A stretch of 64,000 bases of DNA, taken from positions 17,913-81,912 of the IMG/VR virus record IMGVR_UViG_2773857812_000003; one strand, given 5' to 3'. Origin of the DNA: a virus. Lineage: Duplodnaviria > Caudoviricetes. The position numbers were made by a program, and so were the translations under genes. The notes beneath the pieces were generated by a model that was not told where the DNA came from, searched no databases, and saw only the letters and a program-made list of their open reading frames with translations. Below, one piece after another: positions 54,924-64,000 of this stretch (positions are counted from its first letter, which is position 1; each line of letters begins with the position of its first letter).

Positions 54924-56179
54924 GCCGCGAGCCGCCTGGCCTTGAGGGCGGTGAAACTCTCGCCGGTCTCCGCCAGCACGGCGTCCTCGCCGGTGAAGGA
55001 CTGCCAGCGCTCGACGGCGACATCGACATAGGCCGGGTTCAACTCGACCCCGAAGCACACCCGGCCGGTGGTTTCCGCTGCGATCAGCGTGGTGCCGGAG
55101 CCCATGAAGGGCTCATAGACCGCCTGACGGGGGCTGGAATTGTTCAGGATCGGGCGGCGCATGCATTCCACCGGCTTCTGCGTGCCGTGAACCGTGTCGG
55201 CATCCTGGTCCTTGCCGGAAATCTGCCACAGCGTCGTCTGCTTGCGGTCGCCCGCCCAGTGGCCCTTGCCCTTGGCCCGCACCGCATACCAGCAGGGTTC
55301 GTGCTGCCAGTGGTAATCGCCGCGGCTGAGGACCAGCCGGTCCTTGGCCCAGATGATCTGTGACCGGATGGCGAAGCCCGCGACCACCAGGCTGTCGGCC
55401 ACGGTCGCCGCATGCAGCGCACCATGCCAGACATAGGCGACATCGCCGGGGAACAGCGCCCATGCCTCGCGCCAATCGGCGCGGTCGTCGTTCAGCACCT
55501 TGCCCGTGCGGCGGGTCTTGGCCGCCCCCGCCTGGTTGCGCCAGGACGGGTCATATTCCACGCCATAGGGCGGGTCTGTGACCATCAGCAGAGGCTTCAC
55601 CTCGCCCAGCAGCCGCCCGACCACATCGGCAGACGTGCTGTCGCCGCAGATCAGCCGGTGCGATCCGAGCTGCCACAGGTCGCCCGCGACCGATACCGGC
55701 GTGACCGGTGCCTCGGGAATGTCGTCCTCGCCCTCGACAGCTGCACCTTCCACCTGATCCGGATCGCGCAGCAGGGCGTCCAGATCCTCGTCGGTGATCC
55801 CCAGCAGCGTCGGGTCGAAATCCTCGGCCAGCAGCCCCGCGATCTCGTCGCGCAGCAGGGCCTCGTCCCATTTGCCGAGCTCGGTCAGCTTGTTGTCTGC
55901 GATGCGGTACGCCCGACGCTCAGCCTCGTCGAGATGGCCGAGCCGGATCACCGGCGCCTCGGTCAACCCCAGCATGGTTGCCGCCAGCACCCGGCCATGC
56001 CCGGCGATCAACTCGCCATCGTCCGCGACCATGCAGGGCACCGTCCAGCCGAACTTCGCCATGCTGGCGGCGATCTTCGCCACCTGGTCGGTGCCGTGGA
56101 TCTTGGCATTGCGGGCATAGGGCCGCAGCCGGTCGAGAGGCCAAGTCTCGATCTGGCTCGGCGTGAACACCAGGTCCAT
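54920..56179 (-). CDS. ParB-domain DNA methyltransferase (DPPY type)
   Basis: IAGHGRV, TDPPY, HGTQKP, EPFMGSGTT. Confidence 0.92.
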   Translation of the reverse strand: MDLVFTPSQIETWPLDRLRPYARNAKIHGTDQVAKIAASMAKFGWTVPCMVADDGELIAGHGRVLAATMLGLTEAPVIRLGHLDEAERRAYRIADNKLTELGKWDEALLRDEIAGLLAEDFDPTLLGITDEDLDALLRDPDQVEGAAVEGEDDIPEAPVTPVSVAGDLWQLGSHRLICGDSTSADVVGRLLGEVKPLLMVTDPPYGVEYDPSWRNQAGAAKTRRTGKVLNDDRADWREAWALFPGDVAYVWHGALHAATVADSLVVAGFAIRSQIIWAKDRLVLSRGDYHWQHEPCWYAVRAKGKGHWAGDRKQTTLWQISGKDQDADTVHGTQKPVECMRRPILNNSSPRQAVYEPFMGSGTTLIAAETTGRVCFGVELNPAYVDVAVERWQSFTGEDAVLAETGESFTALKARRLAA

Positions 56180-56266
56180 GGGGTGGGTCTCGTCTGGGGC
56201 AGGGCGGACATGCCGACGCGCGCGACCCGGGAAGGCAGCGTCAGAATCGGGATCCGCGATGTGGTG

Positions 56267-56306
56267 AAAAAACGAAAGCGCCCGCGAGGGGATTCCTCCG
56301 GGCGCT
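56267..56306 (-). terminator. Intrinsic terminator upstream of the late operon
   Basis: Minus strand AGCGCCCG...CGGGCGCT followed by TTCGTTTTTT. Confidence 0.65.
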
Positions 56307-56367
56307 ATTCTTCGATGCTCAAGGGGTAGGTCAAGGAGGGCAGCTTTGTCAATCGGAAATCCATGCG

Positions 56368-56635
56368 TGGATTCAACAGCTTCCCGGCAGGTGGCTTCCG
56401 CTGGCTGACTTCCGGCGTGGTGGCTTCCACAAACTGGATTCCCTGGATTCCGCAAAAGAATCCAGCACGCCAAGGTCGCGATTCGGCAAGCCTTTGATAA
56501 TGATTCGTTTTCCCCAAGGTCGCGCGGCAGGTGGCTTCCGCCTGGATTCCCCGGTGAGAATCCATGTCGCTAGCGAAATGCCGCGCTGCGCCCCCCCGAA
56601 TACAGATCGCGTCGGGGAGGAACCATGGCAGGGGG
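56368..56635. other. Putative cos/packaging region of prophage 2
   Basis: Multiple TGG(A/C)TTCC repeats; IHF consensus at 56487-56499; 70-bp block shared with 10097-10166. Confidence 0.55.
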
Positions 56636-56796
56636 GAGGTGTGGAGGGTTTGACCTGATGAGGACCTGAGAGACGTCTGTTCTCCGGGCGCTCGTCTTCG
56701 ATCCTTGAGTTATGAGTCAAGAGAGGCTCGAATGTCAAACTGTTTTGTTGCGGGTTTGTTCGTGTGGCGCTTACAAGATCTCGCAGGCTGTATCGT

Positions 56797-58200
56797 CTAG
56801 GCTAAGCTCCTCGCGGTGCTGCCTTGCTGGAAACGCAGCAGAACGCGCAGGCCCGGATTGTTATCGCTCATTGTTACCTCTGCGCTGTGTAGTTCCGCGA
56901 TCGCTCTGACCATGCTAAGGCCCAAGCCGTTGCCCGGAGTGGTTCGGCTTTTCTCAAGGCGGTAAAAGCGGCGGAAGACCTTGTCCCGCTCTTCCGCTGG
57001 GATGCCCGGTCCATTATCTGAAACCTTAAGCAGAACGCTGTTATCTGACCTTGCCAGTGTCACCTCAATTCGCGTTCCCGGAGGGCTGTGGCGCAGGGCG
57101 TTTTCAACGAGATTTGCGATCATTTGGGTTAACAGGTGCTGATCGCCCAAAACCATTGCGTCCTGATCCTCAATGCCAAACACCAGCGTCTGATCGTTCT
57201 CCTCGGCGACGGGGCCATAGGCGTCCTCGATCCGGGCGAGGATCGGAGCCAGCGGGGTTGCGGCGAACCGAACTGAACGCTGACCGGCTTCGATCTGCGC
57301 GATCCTCAGCAGAGCATGGAATATCTCGATCAGATCGTCGGCAATCTCGACGGCCTGTTCCGCGACCTCCCTGTTCTCACGCGTCAGATCGGGCGCATTC
57401 AGCAGCACATCCAACCGCTGCCTCAGACGCTGCATCGGGGTGCGAAGATCATGGGCAATATCTGCTGATATCTGCTTCTGGCTGTCGACCATCTTCTGAA
57501 GTTGGGCGATGGTCCGGTTGATTTCATCTGCCATGCGGGCAAGATCATCGCTGTCGGTTCCAGTGGTGGGGACGCGACGTTCCAATTGGCCCATCGCCAC
57601 CGACTTCAATGTCGTTGAAATCTGGGTCAGCCGTTGTTCGGTTCTGCGACCTACAATGATCCCCGCAAGCAAACCAGCAAGCAGCAAGAGGATGAAGCCC
57701 GCAACGAATCCGCGCTCGAGAACCTCGCGCAGCTCTTCAAGAAAATAGGTGCTTGTGCCCAAGGTCAGCCGGTTCGGGCCGAGTTGCACCGAATGTAGCA
57801 GATAGCCGGTAACATCCTCATAGCGTGGCTTTTCGGCGTGAATTGCATCGACGGGGACATAGCCGCTGCCCTTTCCGTCGATGGCATCGACATTTCCGGC
57901 CAGAACGGTGCCATTGGCGTCCTCAAGCAGGTAGATCCGATAGTCTTCGAAATTGAAGCCGGCAAAACCTCCTAGCTTTGCCTGAACCGCCTCCAGCCCA
58001 TCGCTTTCATAGAGACTTGCGAAACCAGCCGCATCATCGGCCAGTTGATCTGATACCCATTCACTGATCTCGCGATCCGCGAAGTGATAGCTTAGCCCGA
58101 ATACCAAGGCGGTAATGATTGCGTAAAGCGCCGCGAACCGCAGTGACAGGCGCGCCGAGGTCGAGCGCAGGAAGCGCGATATGCCAGTATGCCTAGCCAT
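56797..58200 (-). CDS. Sensor histidine kinase (2 TM, HAMP, HisKA, HATPase)
   Basis: AHDLRTP, NLVENAL, DNGPGI, GNGLGLS. Confidence 0.95.
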   Translation of the reverse strand: MARHTGISRFLRSTSARLSLRFAALYAIITALVFGLSYHFADREISEWVSDQLADDAAGFASLYESDGLEAVQAKLGGFAGFNFEDYRIYLLEDANGTVLAGNVDAIDGKGSGYVPVDAIHAEKPRYEDVTGYLLHSVQLGPNRLTLGTSTYFLEELREVLERGFVAGFILLLLAGLLAGIIVGRRTEQRLTQISTTLKSVAMGQLERRVPTTGTDSDDLARMADEINRTIAQLQKMVDSQKQISADIAHDLRTPMQRLRQRLDVLLNAPDLTRENREVAEQAVEIADDLIEIFHALLRIAQIEAGQRSVRFAATPLAPILARIEDAYGPVAEENDQTLVFGIEDQDAMVLGDQHLLTQMIANLVENALRHSPPGTRIEVTLARSDNSVLLKVSDNGPGIPAEERDKVFRRFYRLEKSRTTPGNGLGLSMVRAIAELHSAEVTMSDNNPGLRVLLRFQQGSTARSLA

Positions 58201-58864
58201 GCAGGCTGTAGCCAGCGCCGCGGACGGTGTGGATCAATTCGGTGTCGAAAGGTCTGTCGACCTTGTTACGCAAGCGGCTGATATGGGTCTCGACGACATT
58301 GGTCTTGGGGTCGAAGTGAAAGTCCCAGACCGATTCCAGCAACATGGTGCGGGTTAACACACGTCCGGCATTGCGCATCAGATATTCCAGCAGGCTGAAT
58401 TCGCGGGGTTGGAGGTCCAGCGACTGGCCCGCCCGCGTGACCGTGCGACGGATCAGGTTCATTTCCAGATCGGCCACCTGCAGGACGGTTTCCTCGGTCT
58501 TCAGGGGGGGTCTGCGGGTCAGGGCCGCCAGCCGCGCAGACAATTCCTGAAACGAGAACGGCTTGACCAGATAATCGTCCGATCCTGCCTCCAGCCCTTC
58601 GACCCGGTCGTCGATGCCGTCCATCGCTGACAGGATCAGGATCGGTGTTTTTACCCCTGCGCCGCGCACCGATTTGATCAGTGTCAGCCCGTCCAGACCC
58701 GGCAGCATACGGTCGAAAATCATCACATCGTAATTGTTGTCCAGCGCTGCCAGGAAGCCTTCGCGGCCATTATCGCAGTGATCGACCAGGTGCCCCTGCG
58801 CGCGCAGGCTGGAAGAGATATATTCCGCCGTTTCGGTATGATCCTCGACCACAAGAACGCGCAT
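58193..58864 (-). CDS. OmpR-family response regulator
   Basis: MRVLVVED, DRMLPGLDG, DDYLVKPF, TVRGAGY. Confidence 0.95.
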   Translation of the reverse strand: MRVLVVEDHTETAEYISSSLRAQGHLVDHCDNGREGFLAALDNNYDVMIFDRMLPGLDGLTLIKSVRGAGVKTPILILSAMDGIDDRVEGLEAGSDDYLVKPFSFQELSARLAALTRRPPLKTEETVLQVADLEMNLIRRTVTRAGQSLDLQPREFSLLEYLMRNAGRVLTRTMLLESVWDFHFDPKTNVVETHISRLRNKVDRPFDTELIHTVRGAGYSLHG

Positions 58865-59029
58865 TTGTGTTGCTTTCAGTTGCTCCCTTCGCTGGGATAG
58901 CCCACCCTGTGTCTTGGTCAAGCCTGCGGGACATTACGGATTGTTATAGTTCCGGCAACGGCGCGGACAGGTCTCGCTTGGTAAATGGCGGCGAATACAA
59001 GCTCTTCGCCTATCAAGCAGGACCAGATA

Positions 59030-60556
59030 ATGACAATAACCGAGGCCTATTCGGCCCAGCGGCCTGCCGCGACGCACGCCCGGAAAATTCTGCGCCCGAC
59101 GTTGCATGATATGCAGCTGGACAACACCGCACGTCGGTTCCTGCTCGCGGTTCTGACGGGATTCGGGCTTTTGCGCATTTGGGCGATGTTTGCCGTGCCT
59201 TTCACCGACACGACCGAAGCGCGCTATGCGGAAATCGCGCGCAAGATGGTCGAGACCGGAAACTGGCTGACGCCGCAATTCGACTATGGCGTGCCCTTTT
59301 GGGGTAAGCCGCCTTTGCATACCTGGCTGTCGGCGGGCGGGATGCAGTTGTTTGGCGTGAATGAAGCCGCCGCGCGCCTGCCAATTCTGCTGACGGCGCT
59401 GGCTGTGCTGTTTCTCGTCTGGCTCTGGGTGCGCGATAACGTTGGGCGTAACACTGCATTGGTCGCGACTGTCGTGCTGGCAACGATGGCGATGTTCTTT
59501 GGCGCATCCGCCTTTGTGATGACCGACATGCCGATGGTCCTTGGCACGACACTGGTCATGGTCGGGTTCTGGCATGCGGTCAGCGGGGCAGGCAGCCGCT
59601 GGAGCTATGCCGTTTTCTTGGGGCTGGCGATCGGAATGCTTGCCAAGGGTCCGGTGGCCGTGGTCCTTTGTGCCATCCCGCTGACGCTTTGGCTGACCTT
59701 GACGCGGAACTGGCACCTATTGCGTCAGCTTCCGTGGACACGGGGCACAACGATGCTGATGGTGCTGGTGGTGCCTTGGTATGTCGCCGCCGAAATTGCC
59801 ACGCCCGGTTTCCTGCACTATTTCCTGATTGGAGAGCACATTCAGCGCTTCCTGACCCCCGGCTGGCAAGGCGACCTTTACGGGTCCGGGCATCAGGAAG
59901 CAAAGGGAATGATCTGGCTGTTCTGGCTGATGGCGGCTTTGCCTTGGAGCTTGGTTCCGGCCTTGTTGCTGACCCGTCCCGGCAAAACCCTCACGACCGT
60001 CCGACAAGATCGCTCTGGCTGGCTGATCTATCTGCTGCTCTGGGCTGTGTCTCCGCTTTTGCTGTTCACACCGGCATCCAACATCCTTGCCGCCTATGTT
60101 CTACCGGGCCTGCCTGCCGCCGCCGTTCTGCTGGTCGTGCTGTTCGCAGAGGTGTTCGAGACTCAGCCGGGTCGTGCGACGCGGGTCGGTTTCGCTATCG
60201 CGACATCGGCGATATTTGCGCTTTTCCTCGCGCTGACCTCGGGCGCCATTTTTGTACCTCAGCAAATTCGGCTGAAATCCGACAAAGCGCTGGTCGCTGC
60301 CACCAGCGCGGCATTGCCCGACGCGCAACTTTATACCCTCGGTGGTCGCAACTACTCGGCTGAATTCTATTCGGGCGGCAAAGCGCGGGCCATTGAGAAC
60401 GAAGACTTTGCAAGGCTGGCTATTGACGGCGCACCGGCTGCATTTTCGGTGCCGCCCGATCAAGCGACAGAGGCCGCAGCATTCGGACTTGAAAACCTGG
60501 GTGAATATGGGCGGCATGTCCTGTTCGTTACCCCAGCCGCAGGCGAGGTGAAATGA
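59030..60556 (+). CDS. ArnT/PMT-family (GT-C fold) membrane glycosyltransferase; start uncertain
   Basis: DTTEARYAEIARKM, FWGKPPL, AARLP, LAKGPVA; many TM segments. Confidence 0.9.
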   Translation: MTITEAYSAQRPAATHARKILRPTLHDMQLDNTARRFLLAVLTGFGLLRIWAMFAVPFTDTTEARYAEIARKMVETGNWLTPQFDYGVPFWGKPPLHTWLSAGGMQLFGVNEAAARLPILLTALAVLFLVWLWVRDNVGRNTALVATVVLATMAMFFGASAFVMTDMPMVLGTTLVMVGFWHAVSGAGSRWSYAVFLGLAIGMLAKGPVAVVLCAIPLTLWLTLTRNWHLLRQLPWTRGTTMLMVLVVPWYVAAEIATPGFLHYFLIGEHIQRFLTPGWQGDLYGSGHQEAKGMIWLFWLMAALPWSLVPALLLTRPGKTLTTVRQDRSGWLIYLLLWAVSPLLLFTPASNILAAYVLPGLPAAAVLLVVLFAEVFETQPGRATRVGFAIATSAIFALFLALTSGAIFVPQQIRLKSDKALVAATSAALPDAQLYTLGGRNYSAEFYSGGKARAIENEDFARLAIDGAPAAFSVPPDQATEAAAFGLENLGEYGRHVLFVTPAAGEVK

Positions 60557-61569
60557 TGGGTCACATGCAGGATATCACCCGCGAAACGGCAAATACCACG
60601 CCACGGGTACTCCACCTCGGTCCGACGGTGCCGGATCTGTCCTTCGTCATTCCGGCCTTCAACGAGGCGGAGACTATCGTGGAAACACTGAACCGGGTGT
60701 CGCGCAAGGCGCGCAGGCTGGTTCCGCAATCTGAAATTCTGGTGGTCGATGACGGCAGCACCGATGCCACGCTGGAACTGATCCAATCCGGCCATTGGGA
60801 CGTACCCGTCCGCCTGCTACGCCTGTCGCGCAATTTCGGCAAGGAACAGGCAATCATGGCCGGGCTGCGCCATGCGGCGGGCAAGGCGGTTGTGATCCTC
60901 GACGCCGACCTGCAGGAGCCCCTGCGTTATGTCGACACCATGCTCGAGAAATACCGCGAGGGCTATGAGATCGTCTATGCCGTGCGCGCCCATCGTAACG
61001 ACGAGAGCTGGCTGAAGCGCCGCTGCACGGCTGCCTTCTATCGCTTCCTGAACATCGGCAGTGAGGTGCCGATGCCCGCCGGAGCACGCGATTTCCGGCT
61101 GATGGATCGCAAGGTCGTCGATGCGCTTTGCGCCCTGCCCGAAAGCAACCGCTTCATGAAGGGGCTTTATGCCTGGGTCGGCTTTCGCTCGCTGGCGATC
61201 CCGGTCGAGTTGCAGCCGCGCGGCGGGGGCAGCACCAAATTCGGCTTCCGGCGACTGCTGAAACTGGGCATGACCGGACTGACCGCCTTTACCGACTGGC
61301 CTCTTCGCATGTGGACCGGGATCGGGATGGTGCTGGCCAGCCTGTCGATCCTATACGGGCTATTCTTGGCCAGCCGCACCCTGTTTCTTGGTCATGACGT
61401 GCCGGGTTGGTCGACACTGGCGGTGGCAATTTTCTTTTTCAGCGGCATCCAGTTGATGTCCATCGGTGTGCTGGGCGAATATCTGGCGCGCGTGTTCAGC
61501 GAGGTGAAGGGCCGCCCCGGCTATTTGATTGCCGAGGATGTCACCATCGCCGCATCGCCCGAATGCTAG
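60553..61569 (+). CDS. gtrB: Bactoprenol glycosyltransferase (GT2, GtrB-like)
   Basis: PAFNE, VDDGSTD, SRNFGKE, DADLQ, DFRLMDR; two C-terminal TMs. Confidence 0.9.
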   Translation: MMGHMQDITRETANTTPRVLHLGPTVPDLSFVIPAFNEAETIVETLNRVSRKARRLVPQSEILVVDDGSTDATLELIQSGHWDVPVRLLRLSRNFGKEQAIMAGLRHAAGKAVVILDADLQEPLRYVDTMLEKYREGYEIVYAVRAHRNDESWLKRRCTAAFYRFLNIGSEVPMPAGARDFRLMDRKVVDALCALPESNRFMKGLYAWVGFRSLAIPVELQPRGGGSTKFGFRRLLKLGMTGLTAFTDWPLRMWTGIGMVLASLSILYGLFLASRTLFLGHDVPGWSTLAVAIFFFSGIQLMSIGVLGEYLARVFSEVKGRPGYLIAEDVTIAASPEC

Positions 61570-61952
61570 GCGCCGCCGCGCGTTTCGCCCTGACCGGAGG
61601 GGTGGCGACGCTGGTGCATCTGGCCATCGCGATCATGCTGATCCGGCTTGGGGTTGCGCCGCTGATCGGCAATGCCGCAGCCTTCGCGACCGCTTTCATG
61701 GTCAGCTTCTGGGGGCATCACCTGTTCACGTTCGCCGGCCATGGTGTGGATGTGCAAAACTCGCTATCTCGCTTTGTTATCGTTGCAGTCCTTGGGTTCA
61801 TTGCCAACGAGTCGAGCCTTGCGCTGTTGTTGAAGTTTGCAGCGGTTCCGGCGGAGCTGGCTCTGCTCGTCTCGACGCTGATAGCTGCGGTGCTCACATT
61901 TTTCCTGTCGCGATATTGGGCCTTCAAACCTGATCCTTCGCCAATGCGGTGA
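61563..61952 (+). CDS. gtrA: GtrA-family flippase
   Basis: ARFALTGGVATLVH; four TMs; SRYWAF C-terminus. Confidence 0.88.
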   Translation: MLGAAARFALTGGVATLVHLAIAIMLIRLGVAPLIGNAAAFATAFMVSFWGHHLFTFAGHGVDVQNSLSRFVIVAVLGFIANESSLALLLKFAAVPAELALLVSTLIAAVLTFFLSRYWAFKPDPSPMR

Positions 61953-61965
61953 TGGTTCAGGGTCA

Positions 61966-62643
61966 TCACACACGGGTGCTGGCTCGCCATGGCTCTCGTT
62001 TTGGCAGGGTATCCGTTACTTCGATACTGCGCAGCATGCCGCCCGCGATCAGCCCCTCCCGCACCCAGCGCAGGCCCAGCCACCACTGCGCGTAGTGGCG
62101 CCGCGCGGCGGCGATCTGCTCCGGATGCGGCGAGAAGGTGACCGGACAGGCGCGCAGTTCGACCGTCCGCCATTTGCCGCGTGACAGCACGCGCGCCGTG
62201 CCGACCGGGATGGTGATCGAGCGGTCGCCATGCTGGTTGCGCTTCGTCTCGACCGGCACGCAGCGCGGGACCGCGCCGGGCATCCAGTCTGGCGTCATCC
62301 CCGCTCGTGCCAGTTCGGCGATGCGGATTGCCATGCGCAACCCGCCCAGCGACGTCGGCAAGTTTGCGACACAGGCGGCGATGACTTCGGCATCCTCGTG
62401 GGTCGAACTGTCAGGCTTGTAGCGTCCTCCATCGATCCGGCAGCCCAGCGCGGCGCGCTGCATCAGGACATATTCGAGGCCGAAGCCCAGACCGTCGCCG
62501 CGTTCGGGGTCGGGCGGCTCGGGCAGTTCCAGTCGGGCCTTCTCGGTGCGAAAGGCCCATTCCAGCACCTGCTGGACACCCAGCGCACGTTTGCCGTGGG
62601 TGCCTGTGGCACTACGGTTCGGGAAGCGGGAATGGATGCTCAT
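61966..62643 (-). CDS. Conserved prophage protein in the late-regulator position
   Basis: LEWAFRTEKA...HEDAEVIA...ARAGMTPDW; follows Rep, same slot as the DUF6362-like gene in prophage 1. Confidence 0.75.
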   Translation of the reverse strand: MSIHSRFPNRSATGTHGKRALGVQQVLEWAFRTEKARLELPEPPDPERGDGLGFGLEYVLMQRAALGCRIDGGRYKPDSSTHEDAEVIAACVANLPTSLGGLRMAIRIAELARAGMTPDWMPGAVPRCVPVETKRNQHGDRSITIPVGTARVLSRGKWRTVELRACPVTFSPHPEQIAAARRHYAQWWLGLRWVREGLIAGGMLRSIEVTDTLPKREPWRASTRV

Positions 62644-63605
62644 GCTACGCCCCGCGCCCTGAGCCGTTCCGCCGTCACCAGGCCACGCTCCAGCATGGCA
62701 TTGCGCACGGTATTCGAGATGGCGTTGGAGGGCAGGTATCCATCCCCGTTCACCAGCCCGGCGTAGAACCCGGCGATCTCGTCCATGCTGGCGCGCGGCG
62801 CATCAGAGGACTTACCGCTGCGCCTGCGGCGCTTGTCACCCTCTGCAGGCTTCGTGGCCTCGGCGGACCTCGCCGCCCGTTCCATCGCCCTGTCCAAGGC
62901 CCTCGGTCCATCCGGCGGCGCAGGATGCCGCTCGCGGCTGTCGCGGGCCACGGCGATGATCCGATCCTCGGTCAGGCCGAGATCGGTGATCCAGCGTCGG
63001 ATATGTTCGCGGGGTGGCCAGCCCTGCCACCAGCCGGGAAGGCTGGCATCGGTGTCCAGACCCAGCGCATCGAGCAGCTGGCCGAAAAATTCTTCAAATC
63101 GATCATCGCGCGCTCGCGCGCCCTCCTCCTCCTTTACTGGTTCCCTTAAAGGTTCTCTTACAGGGTTAGTCTCCGAATTTCGGAGATGGAAACCGGCCAA
63201 ATTCGGAGACGGCTTTGGCGTTTTTTCGGAGATGGCTCCATCTCCGGAATCTGGACATGGATCGCCACCGATCTCACAATCGTCGGGCTCGGAATCGCCG
63301 CTGTCGCCATCGTCCGACGGATCGGGGAACCGGTTCTCGAAGCCGAGAATGTAGCGGGTTGCCTGGCGCCGATGTGTCTGCGGATCGTGGCAGCGGACTC
63401 GGTGGATCAGCCGCGCCTCTTCCAGCGCCCGGAGATGGTCATTCAACGATGACACCGACATCTCGCAATCGGCAGCCAACCGCGCCTGGGTCGGGAAGCA
63501 ACCGAAATCGGGGTTGTGGCGATCGCAGAGATGCCAGAGCACGATCTTGGTGGCGGGCTTCAATCCGCGCTGCAGAATGGCCCAGTTGGTCGCGCAATGG
63601 CTCAT
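62640..63605 (-). CDS. Phage replication initiator (wHTH)
   Basis: KIVLWHLCDRHNPDFGCFPTQARLA; internal repeats; C-terminus related to the prophage 1 Rep. Confidence 0.85.
   Translation of the reverse strand: MSHCATNWAILQRGLKPATKIVLWHLCDRHNPDFGCFPTQARLAADCEMSVSSLNDHLRALEEARLIHRVRCHDPQTHRRQATRYILGFENRFPDPSDDGDSGDSEPDDCEIGGDPCPDSGDGAISEKTPKPSPNLAGFHLRNSETNPVREPLREPVKEEEGARARDDRFEEFFGQLLDALGLDTDASLPGWWQGWPPREHIRRWITDLGLTEDRIIAVARDSRERHPAPPDGPRALDRAMERAARSAEATKPAEGDKRRRRSGKSSDAPRASMDEIAGFYAGLVNGDGYLPSNAISNTVRNAMLERGLVTAERLRARGVA
63135..63260. repeat. Iterons of the prophage 2 origin
   Basis: TTCGGAGA(T/C)GG at 63179, 63202, 63225 (23-bp period), variant at 63250; adjacent AT-richer 12-bp repeats. 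Confidence 0.65.
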
Positions 63606-64000
63606 GCGCAGGCCCTCCGGCGCGGATTCATTGCCTGCACCCGGGTGGTGATGCCGTGATCGGCCAGCGCGCCCAGCGCGTCTTCGACAGAACGCACCAG
63701 CGCCCAGCCGAAGCCCTGCGCCTTCACCATGTCGCGGAACGCTTTCTGCGCCGGGCTGAGCCTGCCAGAGGGGCTCTTCACTTCCAGAAACAGCACCTGG
63801 CCGCCCGTCAGGACGATCAAATCGGCGAAGCCCGGAAACACGCCCATGCCAGTCAGGATCGCCTGGCGCTGGCGTGCGGCCTTGCCACCTGATCCGACCT
63901 CATTGGCGGAATGATGAATGATGGCATCGCGGGGCAGAACGACGCGAAGCGTGTGGATGATGGCGCGCTGGATATCGGCCTCGGGCGTGCGACGGGTCAT
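63602..64000 (-). CDS. VRR-NUC nuclease (putative resolvase)
   Basis: EADIQ, GVFPGFADL, FLEVKSPSGRLSPAQ. Confidence 0.88.
   Translation of the reverse strand: MTRRTPEADIQRAIIHTLRVVLPRDAIIHHSANEVGSGGKAARQRQAILTGMGVFPGFADLIVLTGGQVLFLEVKSPSGRLSPAQKAFRDMVKAQGFGWALVRSVEDALGALADHGITTRVQAMNPRRRACA

Larger units (their letters stand above)
22680..64000. mobile_element. Prophage 2 (lambda-like head, GTA-like tail), continues beyond the window
   Basis: Lysis, tail, head, terminase, MTase and Rep genes colinear on the minus strand, starting at the att fragment. Confidence 0.9.

Overview
GC-rich, alphaproteobacterial-looking DNA (Rhodobacteraceae/Paracoccus-like; inferred from gene content). The window holds two related, co-oriented prophages in tandem, joined at a 45-bp 3' fragment of an initiator tRNA-Met gene (22680-22724) that looks like their shared att site. 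Prophage 1 (<1-22724) shows portal, gpW, terminase, a counter-oriented DUF3489-type mini-operon, three DNA methyltransferases, a putative cos region, a very small early module (late regulator, Rep with an iteron/DnaA-box origin, AlpA/Xis, regulator, tyrosine integrase) and defence cargo (Type ISP R-M, Sir2-HerA). Prophage 2 (22680->64000) starts with att-proximal cargo (double-AAA ATPase, WYL regulator, PD-(D/E)XK-like nuclease, unknown protein, metallophosphoesterase). It continues with lysis genes, an RcGTA-like tail, a lambda-like head, several morons, two ParB-MTases, a putative cos region, a two-component system with an ArnT/GtrB/GtrA surface-modification cassette, Rep and VRR-NUC. Most notable: (i) a ~1-kb dual-coded C5-methyltransferase locus whose missing motif IX lies in the overlapping frame; (ii) the uncharacterised AAA-WYL-nuclease-X operon, a candidate defence system; (iii) prophage-specific ParB domains on otherwise orthologous MTases, next to prophage-specific cos repeats; (iv) a leader with mutually exclusive RBS-sequestering folds before the phosphoesterase. 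Family and domain names come from motif recognition by eye, not database searches.
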